From Eledone cirrhosa (Eukaryota): DNA of 64,000 bases. Each line of letters opens with the position of its first letter. Within the stretch, counting starts at the first letter, position 1. A model generated the notes under the pieces. It was not told the DNA's origin and did no database searches. It saw only the letters and a list, made by a program, of their open reading frames with translations. The stretch is from NCBI GenBank assembly GCA_964016885.1, contig CAXHJY010000249.1, forward strand, positions 17,910-81,909, given 5' to 3'. Both the position numbers and the translations under genes were made by a program. Shown in pieces: positions 13,923 to 25,209 of the stretch.

Positions 13923-15643
13923 TACAAGGTTTGTCCCAAAAGTAAGGATACTGATTTTCCTATATGCGACGTGGTAATGCAGCACCTTGTAGATGTATAT
14001 AGGTGTTGGTTATGACTAGCTGCACATACTTGTTTCAACATTGAATCGTGAGTTATTGCTGTTTATGTACAGACGTGTTTAGAATCTCTTATATTTGTGA
14101 TGCAAGAAAATATCGAACAACAGTATGTAATCAAATTTTGTGTGAAACTTAAATCTGCCACTGAAACAATTTTTTAACACAAGCTTATGGAGATGCCACT
14201 CTATCGAGAAGTAAGGTTTTAAAGTAGCACAAAGCTTTCAAGGAAAATGTTGAAGATGTGCCTTGTTTTGAAAGGCCAATCTCATCAACAAATGAACAAA
14301 ATGTCGAAGTGGTGATGGCGAAAGATTAGTGTTAGGATGATTGCAGAAAATGCTGTTCACAACTAGTGCCCAAACACTTGTCTAGAGGAAGAAGCAAAAG
14401 ATTTGTCAGCATTTGCTGAAAAGATTCAAAATTGAGCCAAATTTCTTGGATAAAAATAATGAGAGGAGAGTAAATTTAACCAAAACTAAAGTGCTAAGGA
14501 GTAGGCATAAACTCCATATGGTGTACATAATGTGAATATTGGGTACACAAGAGATGTAGTGAGATAACAGGAAGGGAGGACTTTGTATGTAGAAGATGCA
14601 CAGGAGTAATATAAACCTTTTTCAGTCACAGTAGTGGTTGATAGCTTCTATCTAGGTGACTCAATTAGCAGTTGAGTAGGGCATGCCGAAAGTATAATAG
14701 TTAGAATAAGGATAGGAAGGAAGAAGTTCAGAAAGCTATTCCCACATGATGTTTGTGTGCTGCATGTTAGTGAAACATTGGCTGTGATTGTAGAGGACAT
14801 TCATAGACTGGAAAGAAATGAAGCAGCCATGCTCCGTTGGAGGTGCAATGTAAGTGTAAGAGAGAGGCAGAGCTTGGTTGAGTTGAAGAAGCTAGGTTTA
14901 AGAGGAATCTGAGGTAGTGTGCAGGAGAGAAGACTGCATTAGTTTGTGCATGAAGAAGTGTTAGAGGAAGGAAGACTCACAGAGGCGATGACAAAGGATC
15001 ACGACATGTGGAGAGATGCTGTGCTGAGAAGGACCTGTCCAACCCATGCAAGTGTGGAACAGCGGACGTAAAAATGATGATAAATCATGGGTGTGCGAGT
15101 ACAAGCCAAAGACAAAACGGCAAAGTGAAGAGTGACACGAAAAATTCTCATCCGAAGAAAGCATGCATGAGCAGATCCAGGTTGAAAATGATGATTATCA
15201 TTTTTTTGACAGCTGTGGTATTCTTCACAAAGAATTTTTATCTCCAGGACAGTTAATTGCACCTTCTACAAAGATGTCTTTGAAAGACTTCGAAAACAAG
15301 TCCAGTGAGTACGAAAAAACTTAACAGGAAATTGAGTACTGCACTTTCAATTAAAGAATTTTTGGTGAAGAAAAACATTCCTACTCTTCCACATCCTACC
15401 TACAGTCTAGATCTAGCTCTGAGTGATTTTTACCTCTTCCCTAAGTTGAAGGGTCATCACAGCTAAGGGCACTCACAGAAAATGACCTCCGGTACTGCTA
15501 TGATCAATGGAAAAATATTGGAACCACTGATGTGACTTTCCAAGAGTTCATATTTTAAAGGAGATGACTTGTAATTTCATCTACGTCTAATACACATTTA
15601 AATAAAACATCAGTACCTGTACTTCTGGGACAAATCTCATCTA
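13923..15643 (+). mobile_element. Full-length but decayed mariner DNA transposon, interrupted by a nested RTE fragment
   Basis: Imperfect TIRs tacaaggtttgtcccaaaagtaaggatactgat / atcagtacctgtacttctgggacaaatctcatcta; transposase remnants EQQYVIKFCVKLKSATET..QAYGDATLSRS, EYKPKTKRQSEE, PKKACMSRSRLKMM, HPTYSLDLALSDFYLFPKLK (YSPDLAP motif); many stops and frameshifts. Confidence 0.9.
14461..15085 (+). mobile_element. 5'-truncated RTE LINE nested inside the mariner
   Basis: YLGDSIS..RIRIGRKKFRKL, SETLAVIVEDIHRLERNEAAMLRWRCNVSV, and 3' tail ccaacccatgcaagtgtggaacagcggacgtaaaaatgatgat. Confidence 0.8.
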
Positions 15644-15892
15644 TCGAGATTCCTTTTTAAATATTATTATTTGCTGCCTTGTATTGACCAATTTGAACAT
15701 ATCCCCCCCCCCCCCCTCCAAAAGGTATAATTAACTGATCCACTATTTTCAAGAATGCAGAGCTTATAGCTTTACCGGGGAGGATAGAGACAAATGTGGG
15801 AAGCAAATATGGTTAATGGTCAGCTTGAATGTCTGAAGATCAATGGTTTAAGAAAAGATGGATGTATACCATCTTAATAATTTTAGTAAATC

Positions 15893-16102
15893 TCGGTGGA
15901 TTCGCAGTATCATAATGTTGGACATGCTTTATGGCATAGTTATGTTCCTTTACGTTGAGTTCAAATCCTGCTGAGGTTAGCTTTGCCTTTCATCCTTACA
16001 GGGTCAATATAATAAAGAATCAGTAACACACTGGGGTCGATTTAATTGAATTTCCCCTCCCCAAAAATTGCTGGTCTTGTACCTAAATCAGAAACCAATA
16101 AT
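15893..16102 (+). mobile_element. tRNA-derived SINE with central gcctttcatcctt..ggggtc motif
   Basis: B box gagttcaaatcc; same family as 30750 and 42550. Confidence 0.75.
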
Positions 16103-16613
16103 TTTAGTAAATCTCCCATCCACAATTCTATATTTTTTTAAAGCACTAAATGTGAACATGAAATAAGGTAACAATATAAATAAAATAAAATGCTTCATTT
16201 CATGGTTTCTAAAAATAATAAAAGAAATATAATTTCCAGTTGTGTAATAGATTGTTTTGAAGCAAAAATGCATGAATTGTATATCATATTTGCTATGGAG
16301 AAGAAAAAATTCAATAGTCAGAAAGGCAGGGAAAATATTAACTTACTCTTCTGTCTTAAATTTCCTCTTTATTATAGGGACATATTGAAGAACTAACTTC
16401 CAGTCAGTAAAATACAAAAGAGCTACACCTCCAGTTGCAGCAAATAAACCTAGAGATCGGCTCCTGCAAAAAGAAAAGAAAATAGTCATAAACATTTCAA
16501 AAACAGTTTTGTGTGGAGTGAAATTTCAATAGAATTCACTTTTTAACTCAAGGAACAATCACAAAACATTATGATAGCATCCTTATAACATACAATTATT
16601 CATAGGTAGAGTT

Positions 16614-16732
16614 TTAACCCTTTAGCATTTAATTTTGAGAACAATACCTTAACAGTATGAGTGGCCAGTTACAGCCGGTTTGAACAGAAAGAGGTGAGAG
16701 AATTCCAGCTGGTTTAAATGCTAATGGGTTAC
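16614..16732. mobile_element. piggyBac-type MITE, internally deleted
   Basis: ttaa-ccctttagcatttaa ... ttaaatgctaatggg-tta; TTAA target and CCC/GGG termini. Confidence 0.7.
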
Positions 16733-16889
16733 ACGTTTGGGAACCACTGAGTTAAGGGGTGATGGATTGAATGCCGTATATAAAAAACATTTTAATTGGA
16801 AACAAAATCTAGTGGTAATTGTTGGTGTCTTTTCTGTCAGAGTTTTATGCTTACTGCACCTTTTATTATCTACATTATGGAGCCCATAG

Positions 16890-17090
16890 TGATGGCATAT
16901 GGCTGAGTGGTTAGAGAATTGGATTTGTGAGTTTGATTCCTGGACCGGGTGATGCGTTATGTCCTTGAGCAAGAGACTTTATTTCACGTTGCTCCTTCTA
17001 CCTGGAGTTGCAACTGATAGATAGTACTAGTAACTGGAAAGACCAATGGAAACATTGTTTCCTTGGTCCGATTTGACAAAAGTCGATCGA
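16890..17090 (+). mobile_element. tRNA-derived CORE-type SINE
   Basis: tggctgagtggttagag head; CORE-like gtccttgagcaagagactttatttcac; tail shared with the 12976 copy. Confidence 0.75.
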
Positions 17091-17094
17091 TCCT

Positions 17095-18243
17095 TTTATG
17101 GAGTCCATGTATTTCCATAATGAAGCATTATGGAGCCCATGTATCTACATTATGAAGCCCACGTATCTACATTATGAAGCCCACGTATCTACATTATGAA
17201 GCCCACGTATCTACATTATGAAGCCCACGTATCTACATTATGAAGCCCACGTATCTACATTATGAAGCCCACGTATCTATATTATGAAGCCCACGTATCT
17301 ATATTATGAAGCCCATGTATCTATATTATGAAGCCCATGTATCTATATTATGAAGCCCATATATCTATATTATGAAGCCCATATATCTATATTATGAAGC
17401 CCACCTATCTATATTATGAAGCTCAAATATCTATATTATGAAGCCCATGTATCTATATTATGTAGCCCACATATCTATATTATGAAGCCCATGTATCTAT
17501 ATTATGAAGCCCATGTATCTATATTATGTAGCCCACATATCTATATTATGAAGCCCACGTATCTATATCATGAAACCCACGTATCTATATTATGAAGCCC
17601 ATTTATCTATTTTATGAAGCCCACGTACCTATATTATGAAGCCTACGTATCTATATTATGAAGCCCATGTACCTATATTATGAAGCCTACGTATCTATAT
17701 TATGAAGCCTACGTATCTATATTATGAAGCCTACGTATCTATATTATGAAGCCTACGTATCTATATTATGAAGCCTACGTATCTATATTATGAAGCCTAC
17801 GTATCTATATTATGAAGCCCACGTACCTATATTATGAAGCCCATGTATCTATATTATGAAGCCCATGTATCTATATTATGAAGCCCATGTATCTACATTA
17901 TGAAGCCCATGTATCTATATTATGAAGCCCATATATCTATATTATGAAGCCTACGTATCTATATTATGAAGCCCATGTATCTATATTATGAAGCCCATGT
18001 ATCTACATTATGAAGCCCATGTATCTATATTATGAAGCCCATGTATCTATATTATGAAGCCCACATATCTATATTATGAAGCCCATGTATCTATATTATG
18101 AAGCCCATGTATCTACATTATGAAGCCCACATATCTATATTATGAAGCCCATGTATCTACATTATGAAGCCCATGTATCTACATTATGAAGCCCATGTAT
18201 CTACATTATGAAGCCCCATGTATCTATATTATGAAGCCCATGT
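17095..18243. repeat. 22-bp minisatellite, about 50 units, consensus GTATCTAYATTATGAAGCCCAY
   Basis: Direct head-to-tail repeats with clustered variants (cac/cat/tac, tac/tat); no spacers. Confidence 0.97.
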
Positions 18244-18319
18244 GGTCCATTTATATCTCTAATAGAAGTTTTCTGTCAGAACTCTTCAGCTTTTGCAGCA
18301 AATACTAATTGGGATCTCT

Positions 18320-18700
18320 CCAACCCACACTATGAATTCTAGTGTAACCCAAGGTTCCTTTTTGTACCCTATATTCTCCCGTCTGTATGTTAATTAATGT
18401 GATCTACTCACTGTCACTTCTAACTACTGTTATTCCTATAAAGATGATGTCACCCATTACTCTGCTTCATCTTTTGGCTATAAGTAACTTTCACAGTCCA
18501 CATTAGATTAACACTGCAAAACTATCTTTCATTGAATACATCACAACTTAGGATTTCTTCAATAGTACAAAACACAATTGCTACACATATCAAGAAAACT
18601 ATCTTATATCTATCCTCTTTTACATATTAGTAACACAATTAACATTCCCAAACCTGCTACAAATGCAGTCTCACAATCTTTGATAATTGTTGGTGACTAC
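18320..18700 (+). mobile_element. Decayed CR1-group LINE reverse transcriptase fragment
   Basis: NSSVTQGSFLYPIF..DLLTVTSN..YSYKDDVT corresponds to GVPQGS..YADD; in-frame stop. Confidence 0.65.
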
Positions 18701-19851
18701 ACACTCACACACACATTATATATATATCTGTGTATTATTGACGGACATGAGAAAAAGTACTCAATACTGAAGTAGAATTTAAATATTCATTTAATGGCTA
18801 AGTAGTAAGCCTTGTTACTCTGGAGTTTCACCTATGCATCTTGACTGATGATTTTCCACTGTTCTCACCCACACCTTTTTTAAAATTAATTTTGTAAAGT
18901 CTTTCGAATTTATATGTATATATATTAGGATCACTAAGAAATTTTGAAAATATTTAAATTTAACTTCTACTGGACTTTTTCTTGGAGAAGACCCCCCCCC
19001 CCCCCACACACGCACACACAAAAAGGAAACATTTTGATACCTCCTTTGTGAAATTTGGATGAATATTAAAAAAAAAATATGACAATTTTGTCTGATTAGA
19101 CCTAAATGAATGATTAGCCATATTTGTGAGGTCATGTTTGAAATTGAGGTGATAATCTCTTCAAATTACATAAATTAATAGTGTGCATGGGATAGCAGTT
19201 GCCTATTCTTTTCAGGTTCTTGAAAATGAAACGGGGGGTCAATTAAAAAAATATTTTTGTAAAGCCTATTCTGTTGTGTGTGTAAGCTCTTCAAGTGTTT
19301 AAAAACCTAGCTAAATCCAAAAGAACACGCCACAGGGACTTGAGTTTTGGTGCATTAATCAGAAGATATTATAGCCATCGTATAATGTTCACTTTCCAAG
19401 CTAGCATGGGTTAGACGGGTATAGAACTAAATAAATTGTGAGATTTTGGAGCATGATACCATTTCAATAAAATTTTAATGTATTATTAAAAATGGCTATA
19501 AACAATTAAATTACAGTGATTAAAGGCCATCGCCAGCTTTACATGTATTTTCAGACATGGCTATATTGCAATCTGTAGAGGGCTCAGTTTTGATACACAG
19601 GGGCATACAACTGAATCCTCTCTGAAAGTTTGGAACTTTACAATACATTTAATATGTATCCCTGTAGAGCTTCGTGGAAGGGGCGACATGCACAATTAGC
19701 TTGATCATTTTCATGTCAAAATACATTCTGTGGACAATTATGTATTATTTGAAAGTTCTGGGTGTGAAATTTCTTCAAGCAAAAAGTGGATTTTTGCTTG
19801 GTCAAACTGTGCTTGTCACCCCTTCTCAGAGCTCTACTGTGATATATCATT

Positions 19852-20178
19852 TCATCATACGTCCACTTTTTCCCTGCTTGCAAGGATGGGACGGGAACTG
19901 ATTCTGGCTTGATTTCTACAGCTGGATGCATCCTAACATCAACCTCATTTACAGTGAGTGCTGGGTGCTTTTTTGCCGTGGCACCTCCACGACAACTTTG
20001 CAGTGGAATGATATGGACCCCAGTCCCTATCATCTCATTTCTACAGCTGAGTAAACTGGAGCAATGTGAAATAAAGTGTCTTGCTCAAGGAAACAACACA
20101 TCACCCGGTCTGAGAATTGAATTCACAACCTTTCGATTGCAAGGCCAATGCTCTAACCACTAAGCCATGTGCCTCCAT
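19852..20178 (-). mobile_element. Full-length CORE-SINE (tRNA head, CORE domain, RTE-type tail)
   Basis: Minus strand: tggcttagtggttagagca A box, B-box-like element, ccttgagcaagacactttatttcacattgctccagtttactcagctgtagaaatg CORE-like domain, ggacgt..atgat tail; near-identical to 61085-61426. Confidence 0.88.
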
Positions 20179-20734
20179 AATATATATTTATTTATTTATA
20201 AGAACAAGTTTAAGCAAAGATCTAAAGATCCCGTTAAGGGTGAAAGCAGTGATTCTTTGCTTAAACTTTAATCTGTTCTTGTAATAAATATTTGCTCAAT
20301 GGGTTTATATATATAGAGATCAACCTAACACATTGACCGTGTGGCTGGGGATTGAAAAAAATATTATACTGAAAAATTTGTTATAATGGAATTTTACCTG
20401 TATATATATATATATATATATATACGATAATGATGATATATATATATATATTACAGTATATGTATGCTTTTTCTTATGAACTAACTGATTATTATCTGCA
20501 GTCAGGCCACCAAATATATTCACATCTGGTCACTTTTACTGGATTGCATAGCCAAGAAACTTGACTAAACACATTTCTCAAATCCTTCCACTCTGAACTA
20601 CATCTAAATAGAAATTCTCTTCCTACACTTACCCTACCACCATTAACCTACATATTCTTGAAACTGAACTTTAGTGACATTGACAGCCCTAACTAGAGAA
20701 AGGATAGGAAGTAAAAGTCATAAGTGCTGTTTCT

Positions 20735-21050
20735 CTCATCGTCATCGTCACCATTCAATGTCCACTTCCCCTGCTAGCAAGAGTTGGACAGGTCTACATA
20801 GACTAAGTCAGTACTGATTCGGGGTTACTGACCTCCCAGACAGGCCAGGGAGTTTACATCTTATGTATGGTCTAACGTTCTACTGAGTGCACAAGAGAGG
20901 TTGTCATGTCCTTGACACAACTAAAGGACCCTCTCAACTCTTTTTTTAAGGCATGGTTTCTACAGCAGGGTGCCCTTCCTGTCACCAACCATCTTTCAGA
21001 GTGTACTAGGTGCATTTTTCTGACACCAACGCTAGAGAGGTTATTAGTCT
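20735..21050 (-). mobile_element. SINE or non-autonomous RTE-derived fragment
   Basis: Reverse complement of ggttggtgacaggaagggcaccctgctgtagaaac and of the RTE-type 3' tail. Confidence 0.6.
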
Positions 21051-21489
21051 TTGTCCCAATGGAAGAGCTCTCTCTTCTCTGTCAGGGTGGGAGCAAAGTA
21101 TGAGGTTATGGCAAGTGTGGTATGATTTTACAGGGGGACACATATGGAAGAGGAGTGACCTGATAGCATAGAAGGAGGGGATGAGGTGGTGAGAACACCA
21201 AAGTGCTGATAATGGTGGAGGTGTGGTGGGAGAGTCAATTGTGTAGATGGCACTCACCAATGCTGGAAAGGGTAGATGTAGTTATGGAGAGAATATCTAA
21301 GGAGTGATAATGGAGGGGACATGGGTGGGATACATAGGAGTGAACTGAGTAGCTACTAGAGTGCGAAAGTAAGGGCTTTATAGGGGGTAAGCAGGAAAGG
21401 AATGATACAGGAGGGGGCATGGTCAGAGTGGGGGGTGTGGTGTTAGTGGGGATAGCTGCTAGGGAGTGCTAGTGGAAGGAACACACACA

Positions 21490-22078
21490 CAGGGATAAGT
21501 CAGGTCACATTATATGCTGTTGGCTGGGTCTTCAGAAGCATAGCATAGCGCCAGCCCTCACAGTTCTTTGTCATCTCTGTTGTGAGGTTTAGTTTTTTAA
21601 GGTTGGTCTTCACAACCTCCATGTCTTCCCGGGTTTTCCTCTACCAAAGGTTTCTCTACATTTTTTTATGCAGCTGCTATCTTCCATGTGCATCACATGT
21701 CCATACCAACAGTCTTCTCTCTTGCACACTACATCCAATTCTTTCTATGCCAAGTTTTTCTCTCAGTTTGCTTATGCTAAGTCGTTCATGCACATCAACA
21801 TTACAGATCCACTGGAGCATACTCAATATGTTTCTTTCTAACCTCTGTAGGTCTTCTGTGGTAAAGGCCCATGTTTCACTGCAATATAGTACTGCAGTTT
21901 GCACACAGGCATCATAGTTTACTCTTCAGTTTGAGAAAAAGGCCCTTTGTTGTTAGCAGAGGTAACAGCTCACTAAACTTCTTCCAGCCTGCTCTTATCC
22001 TAGCTATCACACTTTCAGATCATCCTGCCTCACTGCTAATTTGGCCACCTAGGTAACAAAAGCTGTCAACAACCATGA
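21490..22078 (-). mobile_element. RTE-clade LINE 3' fragment
   Basis: FCYLGGQISSEAG..ARIRAGWKKFSELLPLLTTKG; AVLYCSETWAFTTEDLQRLERN..VQERRL. Confidence 0.85.
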
Positions 22079-22449
22079 ATGTATATTATTGTATAATTTT
22101 GCAGCTTATTCTATTATTAACCTAAAGGGTTTTCTTTACATTGGCTGGTAAAGAGGTTAAGGAAAAAAAATAGATCTTTTTATAACTTTGATATTTCAAA
22201 AATGATTCCTTTTCAAGGGTATTCCATTATTTTCTTAAATGTTATTTACTACCCGATTTGTAGTAAACAGACATGTATTTGACCAGTGTCACTGACAATC
22301 CTGCCGCTAGTGCCAAAAGGGAGATAGGCACCCTTGCTCTCCCATTAATATTAGCACTTGATCACAGCTGACCTGGAGTTAAACATATTCGACAAAAATA
22401 CTACTTTTCCCTGTGAATAAGTCACACGTTTGTGCTGTAGACGAGTATA

Positions 22450-23421
22450 AGGGATATCTCTATGTATATGTCTGTGTAAATCCCTAAAACTTGAGAAGTA
22501 CCCCACCGATCTTTTTCGAACTTTACACATGCGTTACTTATATTTCTTGAAGTGCAATGGGCTAAAAAAATCAGTGTTTAGGCGAAAAACCACATTTTAA
22601 AGGCATTTTTAGGCTTTTTTTGAGGCGTAACTTAAAGATAATCCAGCCGATTCCCTCGAAATTTGCAGCACACGTTAGTTAGTCCCCTCACATTGCTGTG
22701 GACAAAAAAGAATTTCCGATTCCATTAATGGTTTCATGGGAATTTACGAATTAGCATTGGGCATTAGATGCCATTTTCATTTTCAATATAAGCGCTACTT
22801 AAACATGTTAAGTAGCGTATAATATTTCGTTAAAAATTTGGTTTATTTAACAGAGGACACAACACTTACTTTGAAGCAGGAACATTTTTGGGGATTGAAG
22901 AAATGAGGAGGACCTTAAAATATTTGTTGGCGCCCTGTTGACGCTTCACGCTTTCATCACGCGCAAATCCGGGTCCTGTGTACGTTGACGTGTTATTGAC
23001 ACTGTAAAACTCACGTCTGTGCTACTTCTACTAAGACCCCTTTTGTTGCACCTACAGCGCAGTATGAACGCCCTGCGCGAGTACGCCGAACAGCGGTTGT
23101 GCTAATTTCGCAGTGATCCCTTTTATCGCACCTTTGTTGCTGTGTAAACGCAGTGCAACCAGTGCCGCCCAGCGTTTGTGCTAATTGTACTATGACCCCC
23201 TTCTGCTGCAGCTGCGTTGCCACGCTGATTTCGTCATCTCAATATCTCTACTTAAACGTACATCCCTACTTGGTCTTCACACAATTGACTACGTCGCTCC
23301 TCGATCATTCCCTGAGAATAAGGGAATTAAAAAAGTACACAACTACATTCCTCAATCTTTGCATCGGCGTGTTATTATTTCACGTTTCCTACCCCGTGCA
23401 ACGCCGAGTCCAACTGCTCGT
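22450..23421 (+). mobile_element. Non-autonomous Helitron-like element; 5' boundary approximate
   Basis: CpG-rich relative to flanks; twice-repeated 5' block aactt..ccgat..cgaa.ttt..cac; 3' end cccgtgcaacgccgagt..gctcg-t resembles the Helitron subterminal hairpin plus a degenerate CTRR. Confidence 0.6.
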
Positions 23422-25209
23422 AAACCCGTAAACCGAAAGCATTGTTCGGTGACTCAAAGATCGCCAATTGTATCTACAATGATCCTTTTCTTGCACAAGT
23501 GGAAACATCTCCCTTATACCAAATTTGTTTTGTATTTGAGAAATAGTCTATGACATTGCTCTTTTTTTGTTTTTTATTTTGTTTAAATGTTAATTTTTTC
23601 ACAGCAATATATTCAAAAGCCCTCTCAAAGAATTGTCCCGTTTCCCCAAACCAGCTGACCTTTTGCAAAGTGGAGTGTAAAATCTAGACAATTCTATGAG
23701 TGAGTACTCGAAATATAAAACCACCGACTATACAGTTTAAGAGTTCTGGTAAACAAAAGGAATAGGAAAATAAAGATTCCTTTCATTTGAAATTCTTTTC
23801 TGGATTAAGAACAGTCAAGAGAATATCAATCAATTCTGTTCACATTTTTATAGTAAATATTCTACGAAATGATGTTTAGTGAATGGTTAATCTTTTCTTT
23901 TTTAACCATATACTTTTAGTTATTTAGCTTGTGCGAATCGTTATGAGTTTGGGCATACTGAGAGCACTTTTGTGTTTTATCCTATATACAATAAGTTTCA
24001 AGAGTTTTGTTCGCACAAATTTCCCACCCACAAGCCAATAGTAGTTTATATTTGAAATTTTCATCATTTTAATCTGGTAATTATGGAATATTTCAGAAGT
24101 TCGTAATAACCTTTTGACCGACGGAATGAAACAGGGGGAATAACACTAAGACATTTTTCTGTGAACAGAGGAATCGTTGAAATGTTAATACGAAGGCTTC
24201 TAATTTAAAAATAAAAAATAGTTATATCTACATTAAATTTACCTTAAATATATACATATATAACTGAATAGAATCAATAATTCATCATGGACAGAACTGA
24301 AGCAGAAATTACTTTGGTATGACCTTGGACAAATATGAGGTAGAATGGCAATTAAAAAGATATTTCATTAAAACTATAATTTATACAGATATAATATACT
24401 TACGCATTTTTAAGCTGTTGGACATGTTTTCCCGCAAGTATCTGAGCTAGAGGCATTTTACTCACAGATGAGAATGTACCAAGGGAGTACGTGAGATGTT
24501 GATGAGGAAACAGGCAAGAGAAGCTCCGATCAAACCTGACTGGAGATGGTTTGTAAGGGGAGATAAATAACAATTATCCCCCCTCACATACTTCCTTTTT
24601 ACCAGTAGATTTACTTAATGGTATATTTTCTTATAAAAATATCCTTTCATTTTTCTATATTTCTTCGCCTGCCTTTCATACTTAAAATTTCTCATTAATT
24701 CTCTCTATATACATTTCAAAATTTCAAATCGTTTTCTTTTCTTTTTTTTAACGTCTATGTAGTCAGGTTTGTCTGTACAGCAAACTTCTAAAAGTAAAAA
24801 TACTACATTTATTATATGGAATGAATGGATTCAAAAAGACACTCAATACATGTGTGAAAGTGACGTCCTAACTTACTCTCTGCCTCTGGGTCCCGGCCGA
24901 CAGAATAGAAGATGCATTGTCACACAAGTGTGGGGCTAGGGTGCTGAAAGTGTGGGAGAGGTCTTGCAAGAAGTGAGGGGCCAGTGACGTCACATCAAAA
25001 AAGCAGGCTGTCTCTCCGGTCTCTAAGCAGCATTGGACGTCATTTTTCATGGCTGGTGTGAATGAGTGTGTGAGATTTGCTATGTTCTCTGGTCGGACGT
25101 GAAACAGGTGAACATCGCGCTAGGAGCTTCAGTCTGGACACGTGTGGAGACGCAAAGGTAGGTCCCTTCATTTCTTACGACAAGAAGACTAAGAGTATTA
25201 TTGACATTT

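Noticed and set aside
17095-18243. Regular repeat array superficially like a CRISPR
   Set aside because: Units are contiguous with no unique spacers, no cas genes are present, and the context is eukaryotic
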